NCBI RefSeq assembly: GCF_902652985.1
Contig: NC_047030.1
Coordinates: 12,834,001 to 12,898,000, forward strand
Source: Pecten maximus
Lineage: Eukaryota
Direction: 5' to 3'
DNA length: 64,000 nt
A program made the translations under genes and the position numbers. This document shows positions 39,099 to 52,440 of the stretch, piece by piece. The notes under the pieces were generated by a model. That model was not told where the DNA came from. It did not search any database and saw nothing but the letters and a program-made list of their open reading frames with translations. Each line of letters begins with the position of its first letter. The first letter of the stretch is position 1.

Positions 39099-42000
39099 CT
39101 GAAATAGACACAAAACAAATTGAATGTTAGATTGTGCATCCCGACTGAGTTCTTGATGACATTCACGCATAATCTAACATTTCTGAACGTTGGGTTTCCC
39201 CAGGTACTCCAGATTTCTGCACAATTAGACTCTACTGTGCTGTGCTCTGAGAGAGTAAGCGTCTGCCGCCCTACAAATCTATATCAAAGACAGGTCCAGT
39301 CACAAGCTCAAATAAGAGTTAGCGTGGTCGAAGTCTAAAGTAAGATCGACTTATTTCTAGTGTGGGCCGGTCGCGTAAAGACAATCACTGCTCTGTTCTT
39401 TTTCATGTCGCTAATCGTTAGGTTACTGACAACGTAAACAGCTAAGGTGTAGTTGACATTGGAACACATACGTTACCTTACATATATCACTGGATGAGAT
39501 TATTGATTGATCAAAAGCAATTTATTTTGTCCGATGTCGCTGTTTTATCCTAAATGAATTAATTTAAGATTTAATCCGATCAGGGCGAAATCGGTCAAGA
39601 GGTTAATGGATGTTAGGCTGGTGAAATTACATCTTGATGATCATAGGAAAGATGTCAATGTCGATGACAGTTCAAACGATACTTTTCCTCTCATGATAGC
39701 GGGACTGAAATAGACTGTTTTTGTCATGCGGATAACCTCAGTTTCAACTCCTGAAGCTTAAGAAATACATGTGACATTAGTTTCATTTTCACAATTACAA
39801 CAAAATTGTGTGTTTATATAACCATTTATGGAAATCGCTGGACAGGTTAATGATGTATGTTATATACACAGACATAAATATCCAGCATTATCATAGTCAA
39901 TACTCAACCTAAAGGGGATAGATGTGGTTCGCAATGTTGTATTGAACTATGATAATGTATAATATATAATTCCCTATATCTCATAAAAGATTAAAAAGTC
40001 TAAACAGTAGCTTTTTTATCTTAAAATAAGCAAAATTTTATTTAACACAGACAAAAGTGTTCTCGTGTTTCAAGATAATACATTTTCTAAATGATAGAAC
40101 TCTGGAAGACTACAACACTAGCTACTATCGACAACTGTAAATCAGGAAGATTTTGGACAATTTTTATGTAGAAATGTATAACCAATTCTTATAAAGGTCC
40201 TTTATTGAAAACAAAACAGGTTAAAAATCTCTAATAAACAAAATGGTACTATGGTTCAGTGTATAAGCGGTATTGTATATTTCGGTACCAGCCATCACAG
40301 TACCGCCTGAGGAAGTCCCGACACCTAGATATGATCCACTCTGTCTCACACTTACAAGGGTTTGTCTATACACATATCGGGAAATATGTTTGGTCCTACT
40401 TTGTTTTTCTGACATCATGAAATCCTCAGGACATCTCCTTATATGGTCACGATATTTTACACTAAAGCGGCAAGTTTATCAAGATGTATGCGTTTTGTAC
40501 ATATTTTTTTTTTTTTTTGGTTTGGCGTTTTGTTTTGTTTGTTATTTACAGATTTGTTTTTTTATTGATTATCTTTTTATTTATTTAGTTATTTTTATTT
40601 TCTAGACTAAGTCTATTCTCAAATTAAAACCCTGACATGTCGGAGAATATTTAAGAAAACGACTCCTTTTATTACCCGCTGAATTTGTATAAGAACGCAG
40701 TAATGTTGAAATTTGCAGAATTTCTGCCGTGTCAAGAAAACGACAACCGAAATAAAATCATTCCTCCTAACCTAAAATATCTTCCGTGACGTTTCACTTA
40801 GCAAAACGTCGTCTTTGTCTTGGTGTTGAGTTAACATCCAAGCGGAGAAATTTATGGACTCTTTCTTATGACAGAGACGAACCAAAATTTATAAAATTGG
40901 TACAAGTAAAGTATTCTTTGTAAAATGTTACTCATGTCAAGATGTGATATATTTCATTGTGACCACACTATAAACTCATTCAATAAAACCCCTAAACTTA
41001 ACTTTAAAACAAATGATTTTCCAGGTTTCTCCATAATTGTATGTATTTTGTATACATTTTCCAATATACTAGTTTATGTCTTTATCATTGGTAAACCGTC
41101 TTCATTTCTGATCATTTAGAGTTACGTATTTATAATATCGGTCAATTAAGCAATCTTGCTATACCGGGTAGTGTGATTGCAGACATCGTGTGTTACTAAT
41201 GGCATATAGATATAGGATGACCGATATCAACGAGAACTATACGTAAAGATACAGTCCAGTGACCGCCCCCGGGGAAAGTGAATGTCAAACTAGATACACA
41301 GTATTGGTCAAGTAAAGCATGATCATCACATGTTTACCTGTATCAGTGGACCTTCCAGGTAATACTCATTCACATACTAGGATTCAACTGATCAACGCAT
41401 TGTCAACTTAACGGAAGATTTTTTTTTTTTTAGTTTTTTTTTTAGAACTGTTACCTAAATATTTTCAAAGATGTCATAATTCATTTAAACATTATTTTGT
41501 GCATATTATTAACTATAACGATAGCAGGTAAAATGAGCCCGAATGTTCAGGAGTTTACACAGTTGTTTAAAATGTCAATTTACTTAAAGTCATTACACTA
41601 ACCATACTTTGAACAATCAGATTGAGGGCTCGGCTGCCCAGCAGAGAGAATTGACACCGTTCTCTCTTATGACTTTCAGTATATCAGACGGAATCGATTT
41701 CTTCAATAACGAACTCTGTAGTACTCACAATTCAGTATATTTTCTATATGTATAAACTCATTAGAATGCTCTGATACCGTTAACAGCGCATTAAGCTATG
41801 AATGTGTCTTATGTTTTTTTTAAGCGGGAAGCGGTCTCTGGTAGAAGATTCGTTTTTGTCCTCAACGAATGATCAATAGTAAATAAGGAAACAATTACCA
41901 CGATAAATTATATTGTCAGGTCAGAAATAACAGTTAAACAGTAACAGATGCCAAACCATACGGAAATAAAAATGTTTTAACTGGAAAGAAAACGATAGTA

Positions 42001-43414
42001 CTATGTAATGCTTAATAACAAAAACTGCCTCCGTAATGTAGAAATTATCTTGTTAATACAGATAAAACTGATGATAACAGCGTGTTAAAATAACAGCTTA
42101 GATACCAAATATAGAGGTGAATTACAATAGAATGTCTTTGGGTTGCAGTAAATTATCTGTACATTTCAAAATCTGAAAGATGAAAAGAGAAGCTAAAGGT
42201 TTTCTGAGAGAGACAATGGTACAAAGTATACATAACAATCTATTGTTGTTTCCAATCGATCATAATTTCTCATTGTCGGAGATGTAGCTTCTTTTTATAC
42301 CGTAAAGTATTATTTCAAAACATTTCAATTCCTCGATGCTTATAACACAAGCGAAATATTAAGTTTAGACAATTTAAAATATAAGAACAAGTTTGAAAAA
42401 TAGATTTTTTTTTATTTTCACAAAATAGAGAAAATAACAAAAAGACTTTCTTAAAAATTGTATCACAGTATCCGAATTCGTTACAAAAGTAATGTATAGC
42501 AAAATATTTGCATTCCTTCGAAGTTTGATCAAGAAAGCAAAGACATAGTATTGTCGTTTTATACAGCGTCTTATTCAATCCAAAGACAGTAAGTATAATT
42601 CGCTTAATGTATAAAACTGATAGGTACATATTAACATTATCATACAACATAACCTGTAGTCTAGGTATGGAGTTCCAAGGACTCGCAACGTTGTAATACC
42701 CAGCCCGGACAAATTATTAGAAACAGCGGGAGTATGCAGCAAGTGTTAATGACTAAAAACTACACAATTATCTGAACACTGACAAAACACGTGTAGATTT
42801 GTTTTAATGTAAAGACAGTCAAATCATACATATAACAAGATCTTATTGACACACAGTAAATACCGGAAGTAAGATAGACGGAATGAATTGGATCAAATTC
42901 ACTGAGAATATATTCCGTAATGCTATGAATAATCATACTGCCAATAGCATTCATTATTATATAGTTGATGATATGGAGATCGCAGTGTGTCTGAAAACCC
43001 ATTTTTTTTTTTTTTTTTTTTTGTAGAGATATTACACATACTGTAATCTCCCCTGAGGACACTAGAATAACTAACTAACTAACACCAGAATAGGCAGAGA
43101 AGAGCTGGTCAAACTTACATAGATACCATACTGTCAATAACATTCCATTTTACATAGTAAAGGGTGTGACTTTTGCTGTGTTTTCATAGAACAAGAGCAA
43201 AAACCATGAGGAATATATGGAACAAACATTTGTATCAAATTATCATACATATATATTGTAAGACCGACGAACATTCGGACGTAGTTACCCGCAACGAAGT
43301 TAAAGTATCAAATGAGTATATATATAATTTCAAAGAAGTGTTCGATACCTACTAAGGTCGGTTTACGTTTCAAAATTATTAAAAAAAAAAGGATTATCCT
43401 GTATAACTAGCAAT

Positions 43415-44692
43415 AGCTACAAATACCTCCTCACTTCCCTCACGTCCAATCTCACACAGCTACAAATACCTCCTCACTTCCCTCACGTCCAATCTCACAC
43501 AGCTACAGATACCTCCTCACTTCCCTCACGTCTAATCTCACACAGCTACAAATACCTCCTCACTTCCCTCACGTCCAATCTCACACAGCTACAAATACCT
43601 CCTCACTTCCCTCACGTCCAATCTCACACAGCTACAAATACCTCCTCACTTCCCTCACGTCCAATCTCACACAGCTACAAATACCTCCTCACTTACCTCA
43701 CGTCCAATCTCACACGGCTACAAATACCTCCTCACTTCCCTCACGTCCAATCTCACACAGCTACAAATACCTCCTTACTTCCCCTACGTCCAATCTCACA
43801 CAGATACAAATACCTCCTCACTTCCCTCACGTCCAATCTCACACAGCTACAAATACCTCGTCACTTCCCTCACGTCCAATCTCACACAGCTCACTTCCCT
43901 CACGTCCAATCTCACACAGCTACAAATACCTCCTCACTTCCCTCACGTCCAATCTCACACAGCCACAAATACCTCCTCACTTCCCTCACGAATTTCACAC
44001 AGCTACAAATACCTCCTCACTTCCCTCACGTCCAATCTCACACAGCTACAAATACCTCCTCACTTCCCTCACGTCCAATCTCACACAGCTACAAATACCT
44101 CCTCACTTCCCTCACGTCCAATCTCACACAGCTACAAATACCTCCTCACTTACCTCACGTCCAATCTCACACAGCTACAAATACCTCCTCACTTCTCTCA
44201 CGTCCAATCTCACACAGATACAAATACCTCGTCACTTCCCTCACGTCCAATCTCACACAGCTACAAATACCTCCTCACTTCCCTCACGTCCAATCTCACA
44301 CAGCCACAAATGCCTCCTCACTTACCTCACGTCCAATCTCACACAGCCACAAATACCTCCTCACTTACCTCACGTCCAATCTCACACAGCCACAAATACC
44401 TCCTCACTTCCCTCACGTCCAATCTCACACAGCTCACTTCCCTCACGTCCAATCTCACACAGCCACAAATACCTCCTCACTTCCCTCACGTCCAATCTCA
44501 CACAGCTCACTTCCCTCACGTCCAATCTCACACAGCTCACTTCCCTCACGTCCAATCTCACACAGCCACAAATACCTCCTCACTTCCCTCACGTCCAATC
44601 TCACACAGCCACAAATACCTCCTCACTTCCCTCACGTCCAATCTCACACAGCTACAAATACCTCCTCACTTCCCTCACGTCCAATCTCACAC
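43415..44692. repeat. 43-bp minisatellite, ~30 copies with some 30-bp deletion variants
   Basis: Unit GCTACAAATACCTCCTCACTTCCCTCACGTCCAATCTCACACA; the array ends ~30 nt from the GPCR stop codon. Confidence 0.97.
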
Positions 44693-44724
44693 ATCAATAT
44701 AATCAGTACTGTTAAGCATTGGTT

Positions 44725-45627
44725 TCAACAAACAAAGCATGCTAGAACACTCTGTCGAAAATGTGAAGAAAAAAGGAGGTATATGAATGGGTTTGCGGCA
44801 AAATTGACAAACATCAATACACGGCAGATTTCTTCAAACACGTGGTACGAGGAGGAATCAAGAGGTTGGAATCCGAGGGACACAATGTCACGAACGTTCG
44901 CTGGCGTCGTTGTTATGATATAAACTATTACAATAGCCGTCACCATCCGGGACATTATCCTTGTGACGTCGGCACGAGTGGCGGCAATGGAATTCCTGAG
45001 TTTGGCTGTTTTCATAAAGTGCAGAATAAGAATTATCAGTAGAGGCAGGAAGGCCATTACAATTGTAGTGATTATATTGAAAACGAACGCCAAAACCGGA
45101 TGCGAGTCCGCCATTAGATAAACTGTCACAATATAGGCGGAAATGAATATCGTGCATCCCAACCACACCCCACCAGAAATGGCTAGAATCTTTTTAACTG
45201 TGAACCACAAGTATCCTTTAAGCGGATAAACTAGTTTGAAATATCGGAATGAATATAACAGCACCACATGGTAGGCTGAGGAGGCGCCACATATGGTAGC
45301 TAGGGAATCCATGACGAGGAGGTAGAAAGGCGTGTTAGCAAACCCGTTGTAGAAGAAATGGAGGACCACCACACTGTTGTATTTGAGGAGGATGAAGAGG
45401 AAGTCGGCTAAAGCCAGCAAGGCTAAGGCCGTAAATGTTGGCGTCCTTAACCTCGGGTCGGCACATACCCGCACACACACTAGGGCATTGGCTACAGCCC
45501 CCGGGATAGCTACCAGCGAGATGATAACTGCTACTGCGCGGCATCCCGTTGTGGAACAGGGACCAGAATAGTCCCCAATGTATGGAATAGTGGCGTTCCC
45601 GGTACTATTCACAGTAAAATTCGCCAT
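44725..45627 (-). CDS. Intronless rhodopsin-like (class A) GPCR, atypical orphan/chemoreceptor-like, 300 aa
   Basis: Seven hydrophobic segments; N-terminal sequons NFT, NST, NAT; TM1 GAVAN; TM2 LALADF; TM3 FRY..LVYPL in the DRY position; TM4 W; TM5 FLP; TM7 NFAANPFIY; helix 8 FRQS; good start context GACATGG. Confidence 0.9.
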   Translation of the reverse strand: MANFTVNSTGNATIPYIGDYSGPCSTTGCRAVAVIISLVAIPGAVANALVCVRVCADPRLRTPTFTALALLALADFLFILLKYNSVVVLHFFYNGFANTPFYLLVMDSLATICGASSAYHVVLLYSFRYFKLVYPLKGYLWFTVKKILAISGGVWLGCTIFISAYIVTVYLMADSHPVLAFVFNIITTIVMAFLPLLIILILHFMKTAKLRNSIAATRADVTRIMSRMVTAIVIVYIITTTPANVRDIVSLGFQPLDSSSYHVFEEICRVLMFVNFAANPFIYLLFSSHFRQSVLACFVC

Positions 45628-46860
45628 GTCGCAAAACGAAATTTTCTTATACGTTGTAATGCACTTTTAATCAAATCGCCAGTATTAAAATTCAAGTCTG
45701 CTAATAAATCCAGTTTTCTTTGTTAAAATTACTTTAACTTTCACACACACATCTCACAGCGATTCTTAAAACTGATTGGAATTCGATATAATTCTCCTAG
45801 ATTATTTCGTATGCCGGACGACCATGTCGACCACCACGGTAGTTTTGCATATACCTCTTATATCTCTATAAATGGCTTGACAATCGGCCAAGTTTATTCT
45901 ATCACGTCATCTTAATGTAAGTGCCATCGATTGGCATGGTCCATTGCTGAATTATTCCTGAGCTGTATCAAACGATAATGAACGCTATTGTCCTCCTTCG
46001 CTCCTACACGCGAGCTTTATAAGACAAGGCGCCAGTACTCTCTTACAGACTAGTATGTATACCTGTAACTCCTGAGGCTGTTTTACTTTTGAACAGTGAA
46101 ATGAACACCAAATGGGATTATCTGTTCGAAAAGAATGCAGTTGACCAAATCTAGGCCAGAATCTACTGTCTATTGCGGTCAAATGTAGGTCAAATTTACA
46201 TGTTTACAAAATAAGATATGACCACTCTTTCTATAGCCTTATCGGCATACTTTTGTGCAGATGTTTCGATATTATGATAATTGCAGCCCGCTTAGTTTTA
46301 TCTTCGTTTGCAAAACACCCCAGTGGTGTAAACGATTGGACAGTGTGTTATCGTACATACAGAGCCAGGAGTAAAGATACAGACAAGCTGATCAGAAATG
46401 GGAATTCTGTTATGTTTCCCTTTCGTTGTCCTCGGAAGGCCGGTGTTGCATCGGCGTTGAAGCTACCTTCTCAATGGGGTTAATAGTCACGAATTGCTTA
46501 AGAATAAGTCCATTAGAATGTTCGTTTATTTTCTTCACAATTTGAATTCAAATGTCTAAATATATCGAAAATGCTGTGCAAAGGTCAACCAACAATTCAT
46601 TTAAAGATTTTTATTTTTAAATCTGTATAATGTGCGCAAGTTTTCTTCGTTTGTTCTATTTTGAATGCGTGCTTAGCTTGAATACGTTTTAATCAAACAT
46701 CACCGATAAGTTTCAATTGGTCAAAAATGTATGTGTGACTTTGGGTGTGAAGTCCGTTTATTGGATGGGTCGTCGGTCACTCGAGGACAACATGTGTACA
46801 CCATAGTCGTCATTGTACTATCCCTACCGTACGAGTTTCTTAATATGTCTCAATCTATCA

Positions 46861-47150
46861 CATTTTTACCAGTGAAATATCCTGAAGTATTCATTCTATA
46901 AAAGTTATATTTTCACTTTTTTTTAATATGGTGAAAAATATCACTTTTCCGATTTGACCAATCAAAACACAACTTACAAACGGCAATGGATTTGGAAAAC
47001 TACGGGCAGACCCGATATATATTTTGCTATAAAATGTAATAAACAGATTATTTAACAGTATCTTCAGTAATACCAAATATATTTCATCAGTAGAGCTGAA
47101 ATATTTTGATATTTTTACGAGTGCGCAGCGCGAGTGGAAAACATCAAAAT
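46861..47150. mobile_element. Unclassified interspersed repeat (copy 2) ending in an imperfect hairpin
   Basis: Homologous to 24745-25080; ends ATTTTGATATTTTTAC...GTGGAAAACATCAAAAT (inverted repeat). Confidence 0.75.
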
Positions 47151-49736
47151 TATAGTTCTAGCGTTGTCATCCGCCTGTCGTTAATTAAGGAGACATATTG
47201 ATATAAGTAATTACATATCTTTTATTTAATCCTGTCCATACTTATGTATGTGAGTATGACATGAAAAACAAAAAAGTAATAAAGTATGGCTTAAACTAAA
47301 CTAATAGACTGAACTGTTGTTTCTTGAAGAAGACATGTGAATTGGCATTTTAGTGGCTCCAGTCAATAATTCATTCCGGTGAATAATTAGCAGTTATCCC
47401 ATAACAAGTGGAACTCGTATGCTAAAAGTAACCTCTTAGATATGGTATTGTCATTTATAAAATGTCAGGGGAGATTTAACAATAAAGGTGGAAATTGTGA
47501 AAATATAACCGCACTGTTCTCGGCAACTAGTTATTGTTTTGTTGGTTTTTTTCGTTGTTTGTTTTTTAGATCAATGACCAGACAACGTATTGAATTCATT
47601 AGCTAGAGTACAAATGGACAAACATGTAGCCGGTAGTTTACCTGTTTGACGGATGGACTCGGACCCTGTTTATCATGTTATTACGGACAGCTGGATTTCG
47701 ACCATTCTCTACCATACGACATCGTTGTTTTGTTGTTATTATACTGGGATTGAACATGTCTTTATCGGAAATGATTGGTACGAAACATGCACGGCTGTGT
47801 TATAACAGGTAAATGACCTAGCGCGTGCTGATCCATCACTGCACGTGATTCGTCACTTCAGAAATATGTTATAACCTTCAGCTGTCAAAAGTGATAAAAG
47901 AAGATCTATTAGAAATCGTTGACATGGCTTCACCCTACATAATCAGTACAAATGGCCAAAGACGTGTGTTTTATAACTTTACGACATACATTCGGACAAT
48001 GATACCTGTACACATGTTTATATATCTAGTGATGTTTATCTCTGTCGCTGAGTTGCCTGGTCAACAAACACCACATATTCCTACGTAGAGGTACGAGTCA
48101 GGATGTATTGGAAAATCTACTTTGATAATCCAACTAAATTCACATTATAGTTTAGAAACGATTTAGCACCGTAATGTATATCTATGAAGAAACAACGAAT
48201 TCTTCATTAACAACTCAAAATATTTCCTATTCTGTACATTCAATTTTGTAACTTTATATGTTTTGAAATGCCTGAATAAAAGAAAGCTTAAAACAACTCA
48301 AAATAGTAATTCGTTTTGATAAAATACACAAATATGTATACATACAAAAAATATGATTTTCTGAATGTCAATGAACCTGCATTGTTGGCAGAAACTCAGC
48401 ATCCCTTTGTTTTGTTGTTGTTTTGTTTTGTTGTTTTTTCTTCCATGTTTTACCTTTTGTTGTAGTTTGGAGAGATTGACAGTGATTGAGTTTGACCCTC
48501 GGTTAGTGTTCTCATCATTTTTTTTCGCTTTTCTTTTTATTTCCCTCTAATGTATTTTTATCGAACAGTCGGCCAAACAATGCCAGTTCTCTAATGGATG
48601 TTAGGCCTCTACTTTCCTCGCCGTTAAATTTCACAGCTATATGAATCATTTAACAGTCATTTACTTACGTGGATGTAAAATCTACACTTTAATAAAACAA
48701 AAAAACAAAAAAACAATATAGAAAGCCAACTTTAATCATTTTTTTCAACGTTTGAAAGTACTTAAACAATGTGTTTTTGTCTTTTCGCTTTACTTATATA
48801 TATATTTTTTCTTATTATTATTTATTTATTTACTTATTTTGGAGAGTTAAACATGCAACTTTTTTAAAGGAATAGTCAATTAATGGTCTCGATTTTTTTT
48901 AATGGAAACAAATCAGTCCCATGTTTATGTCGCATAAAATATATTTATATTTTCCTCCTATTCTACATCTGTAACGCTAACTCACACTAGATAAACATAC
49001 AGACATGTAAATAGATTCTCTCGGAGACCTTTAAAAAAGTACAGGAATAAGACGATATGTGCTGGAAGGTGAACATCTACTTCGTCAACGACGACCGCCA
49101 TATTGATCAAGGCCGAACATATCATTATACACCCACACATACATTATGCTGGTATGTTGATACCGTGAACGTCTTTATGATATTGGAAAATCAAAAAAAA
49201 TGATCTTCGTGATGAAATTTCCATTGTGAAACTGTAATCTGCCTAAGGTCTTCTACCCAGTGTCAAACATACGATATGTATTCCTTAAAAAAAAACATAA
49301 AACAACAAAACAAAACAAAACAAAAAACAAAAAAACGCCTCCTCCTTTAAACTTTAAACTCTTTCTGCAATAAGATTGTAATCCTCCTCGTTCCTTCGTG
49401 ATTCGGTTTCCAAACATTTATATGTTAAGAACTACTACAGATTTCCAGAGGGTAGAAATACCGTATAACCAACTAATAAATCAATTTCACTAAATTGTGG
49501 TGTGCCCCCGGGATTGGTGTGAATATATCGGTGAACAGATAGACGCTAACTGTTACAACATATCCGTGTACATGTACTTTTAAACAGATGACGCCGTATG
49601 TTTCGTTTTAATAGATTAATATTTAATCTGACTGGTTGTTTTGTATGTTATAGTCTAAAGTACTGTAACCGTACGTAATATGACAAATTCAACTTTTAGT
49701 GCAAAACCAAATCAAAACAGATTAGCGGAATGACGA

Positions 49737-50374
49737 ATTAGCGTACCAACAATGATTACCATGGAAACCAATGTAGGTAACCTACAATTAGTGTACCAAC
49801 AATGATTACCATAGAAACCAATGTAGATAATCTATAATTAGCGTACCAACAATGATTACCATAGAAACCAATGTAGATAATCTATAATTAGCGTACCAAC
49901 AATGATTACCATAGAAACCAATGTAGATAATCTATAATTAGCGTACCAACAATGATTACCATAGAAACCAATGTAGATAATCTATAATTAGTGTACCAAC
50001 AATGATTACCATAGAAACCAATGTAGATAATCTATAATTAGCGTACCAACAATGATTACCATAGAAACCAATGTAGATAATCTATAATTAGCGTACCAAC
50101 AATGATTACCATAGAAACCAATGTAGGTAACCTACAATTAGTGTACCAACAATGATTACCATAGAAACCAATGTAGATAATCTATAATTAGCGTACCAAC
50201 AATGATTACCATAGAAACCAATGTAGATAATCTATAATTAGTGTACCAACAATGATTACCATAGAAACCAATGTAGATAATCTATAATTAGCGTACCAAC
50301 AATGATTACCATGGAAACCAATGTAGATAATCTATAATTAGCGTACCAACAATGATTACCATAGAAACCAATGT
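49737..50374. repeat. 50-bp minisatellite, ~13 copies
   Basis: Unit ATTAGCGTACCAACAATGATTACCATAGAAACCAATGTAGATAATCTATA. Confidence 0.97.
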
Positions 50375-50574
50375 TTCAATAAAACAATAAAACAAGAATA
50401 CCATTACATAGAAATTAATCAACGAAAAGGCAAATAGTTTCGGAGAGAAAAAACAAATAAAACATTACAGTATGTTGCAAAATTGCTAATAATTGAACTT
50501 TTAACTATGTTTTACAACGATTGTGAAATAAATTACACCAACTACCACTAATCATTATTGCAGGTGCTGGAGGT

Positions 50575-50650
50575 TACTGGAGTACCCGGAGAAACCCCAG
50601 GTGGTCGGGAAGGTGTCCCATATAAATCTTCTCGTTCGGAATCGAATCAT
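50575..50650 (-). mobile_element. Partial V-type SINE
   Basis: Minus strand reads GATTCGATTCC...CTTCCCGACCACCTGGGGTTTCTCCGGGTACTCCAG. Confidence 0.6.
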
Positions 50651-50665
50651 GGTAGAAAAAGTGAG

Positions 50666-50959
50666 TCCTGTATGACCATCGAGACCCCTAGTTTGGGTTG
50701 ATAAACATTTTTTTATGTTAGTAATCCTGTATGACCATCGAGACCCCTAGTTTGGGTTGATAAACCTTTTTTATGTTAGTAATCCTGTATGACCATCGAG
50801 ACCCCTAGTTTGGGTTGATAAACATTTTTTATGTTAGTAATCCTGTATGACCATCGAGACCCCTAGTTTGGGTTGATAAACATTTTTTATGTTAGTAATC
50901 CTGTATGACCATCGAGACCCCTAGTTTGGGTTGATAAACATTTTTTTATGTTAGTAATC
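50666..50959. repeat. 58-59-bp tandem repeat, 5 copies
   Basis: Unit TCCTGTATGACCATCGAGACCCCTAGTTTGGGTTGATAAACATTTTTT(T)ATGTTAGTAA. Confidence 0.97.
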
Positions 50960-51229
50960 TCGATCGTAGAGGAAGTTAATAAGACAAATGGCAGACTGAA
51001 AATGTCGATTTTTTTTCAGTAGAGCTGGTACTTGATCTTCAGTAGAGCTGATCTAGTCTGAAATACTTGACATGGTTCAATAAAATACCAGCTGCAGCAG
51101 TACGTATGAACGGAGAAGGTCGGGCAGATTAGTAGGAGAATTGATTGGATGCATGATCAGCAGCGTTATATTATTTTTCATTTCTTTCGGGTTTCGTTTT
51201 CTTATTTCTCACTCCTTCCCTCTTCTCTC

Positions 51230-51757
51230 CGGTCCCGAAGGACCGCGATAGCTCAGTCGGTTAGAGCCACTGTCGGCCACGTTACCTCTGTGGCGTGTTC
51301 AGGATGGCGAGCGCTCGCTTCTGAACAGACATGTACGCGCGGGCGTCCGTGAGTGCACGCGTAACAACCCACCGAACTGTTCGCCAGAAACACCAAGTTG
51401 GTTTCCAATGACTTTAAAAAGCGATGACGGGAGCTTAAATCAGTGGCCGCTGTCATCCCGATAAGAAGGATTTATTGTCCATCCTGAACACGCCTCAGGT
51501 GAAGGTCCAAGATTCGTTGTCAACGCTCCCTACCTGTGGTTGTTTGTGTTTTATAGGGGAAGCTGAAAAACGGACCGGTCTATGTTGTCGTGGGTGTGTC
51601 CTTTGGCAAGACACTCTATCCTAATTATCCAGATGGCATGCAACGGGCCTCCCATTATTGTTCAATGAGGTAGTCACCAACTACTACAAGGAGACCCCGC
51701 CTCAATATGACCCTAGCTTTTCACATGGCGATAAACTCTACGAACACGCAAACAAAC
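51230..51757 (+). mobile_element. tRNA-headed CORE-like SINE with ~200-nt structured internal insert
   Basis: A box TAGCTCAGTCGG (51249-51260) followed by TTAGAGC; CORE-like GTGTGTCCTTTGGCAAGACACTCTATCCT (51594-51622); tail TGACCCTAGC...GGCGATAAAC...CAAACAAAC; internal 16-bp inverted repeat at 51292-51307 and 51479-51494. Confidence 0.6.
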
Positions 51758-51938
51758 TTCTCGATCACTCAACACACCCTTACACAATACATTTAGTCTT
51801 ACTAAAGTACATATCACATCGATGTACGTCACTAATCCGTGATTTAGACGCAATACGAAATGTAAACCTTACTATTTGCTTAATTACTTATAACTATGCT
51901 ATCATCGAAGTTTACAAAATAAGAGGTTAATTATACAT

Positions 51939-52009
51939 CTACAGTCTCAAACTCGTAAGTTTTTTCGTGATCAACTGATTTCGAGATAAAAAAAAAAGGT
52001 TCGACTGTA
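51939..52009. mobile_element. Minimal Tc1/mariner-pogo-type MITE remnant
   Basis: TA-CAGTC...GACTG-TA termini. Similar ends occur at ~28095-28249 and ~16228-16389. Confidence 0.45.
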
Positions 52010-52440
52010 TAATTAAATTAATAACAATATATATCTATATGTTTCAAATTAAGTACCCTTGTATTACCGCCATGACAACCATTATGTAAGTTAGCTTCAG
52101 AACAAATATAGTAACATCCATCTAGTCCGATAACATGATGCGATTTATGAATACTTGACAATATTTCTTAGTTACGCGATAAACATATCTTTGTATAGTT
52201 TCTATGTCATATGACGTTGAAGGAGCTAGAGACTCGGTATCTCACCGAGAAAAAAGACTTGTTTAATAAATTCTACATGCGATGAAAACTCATTTGCGAA
52301 CCTCTTTGACTGTCGCCGAAGTTTGCAGATTTTTCTTTGTATGCTATTTTCTCACTTTTTTGGCAATGGAATACGTTTGTTATAATTCAAAGAAAATGAG
52401 TTTGATTGTATAGTATAGATAATTACAAACATAGACTTAC

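Noticed and set aside
44310-44702. His/Pro-rich 130-aa ORF
   Set aside because: Lies wholly within the 43-bp minisatellite.
51241-51320. tRNA gene
   Set aside because: Only the A box/D-arm is tRNA-like. There is no T-arm GTTCRA or cloverleaf, and it continues into SINE-like sequence.
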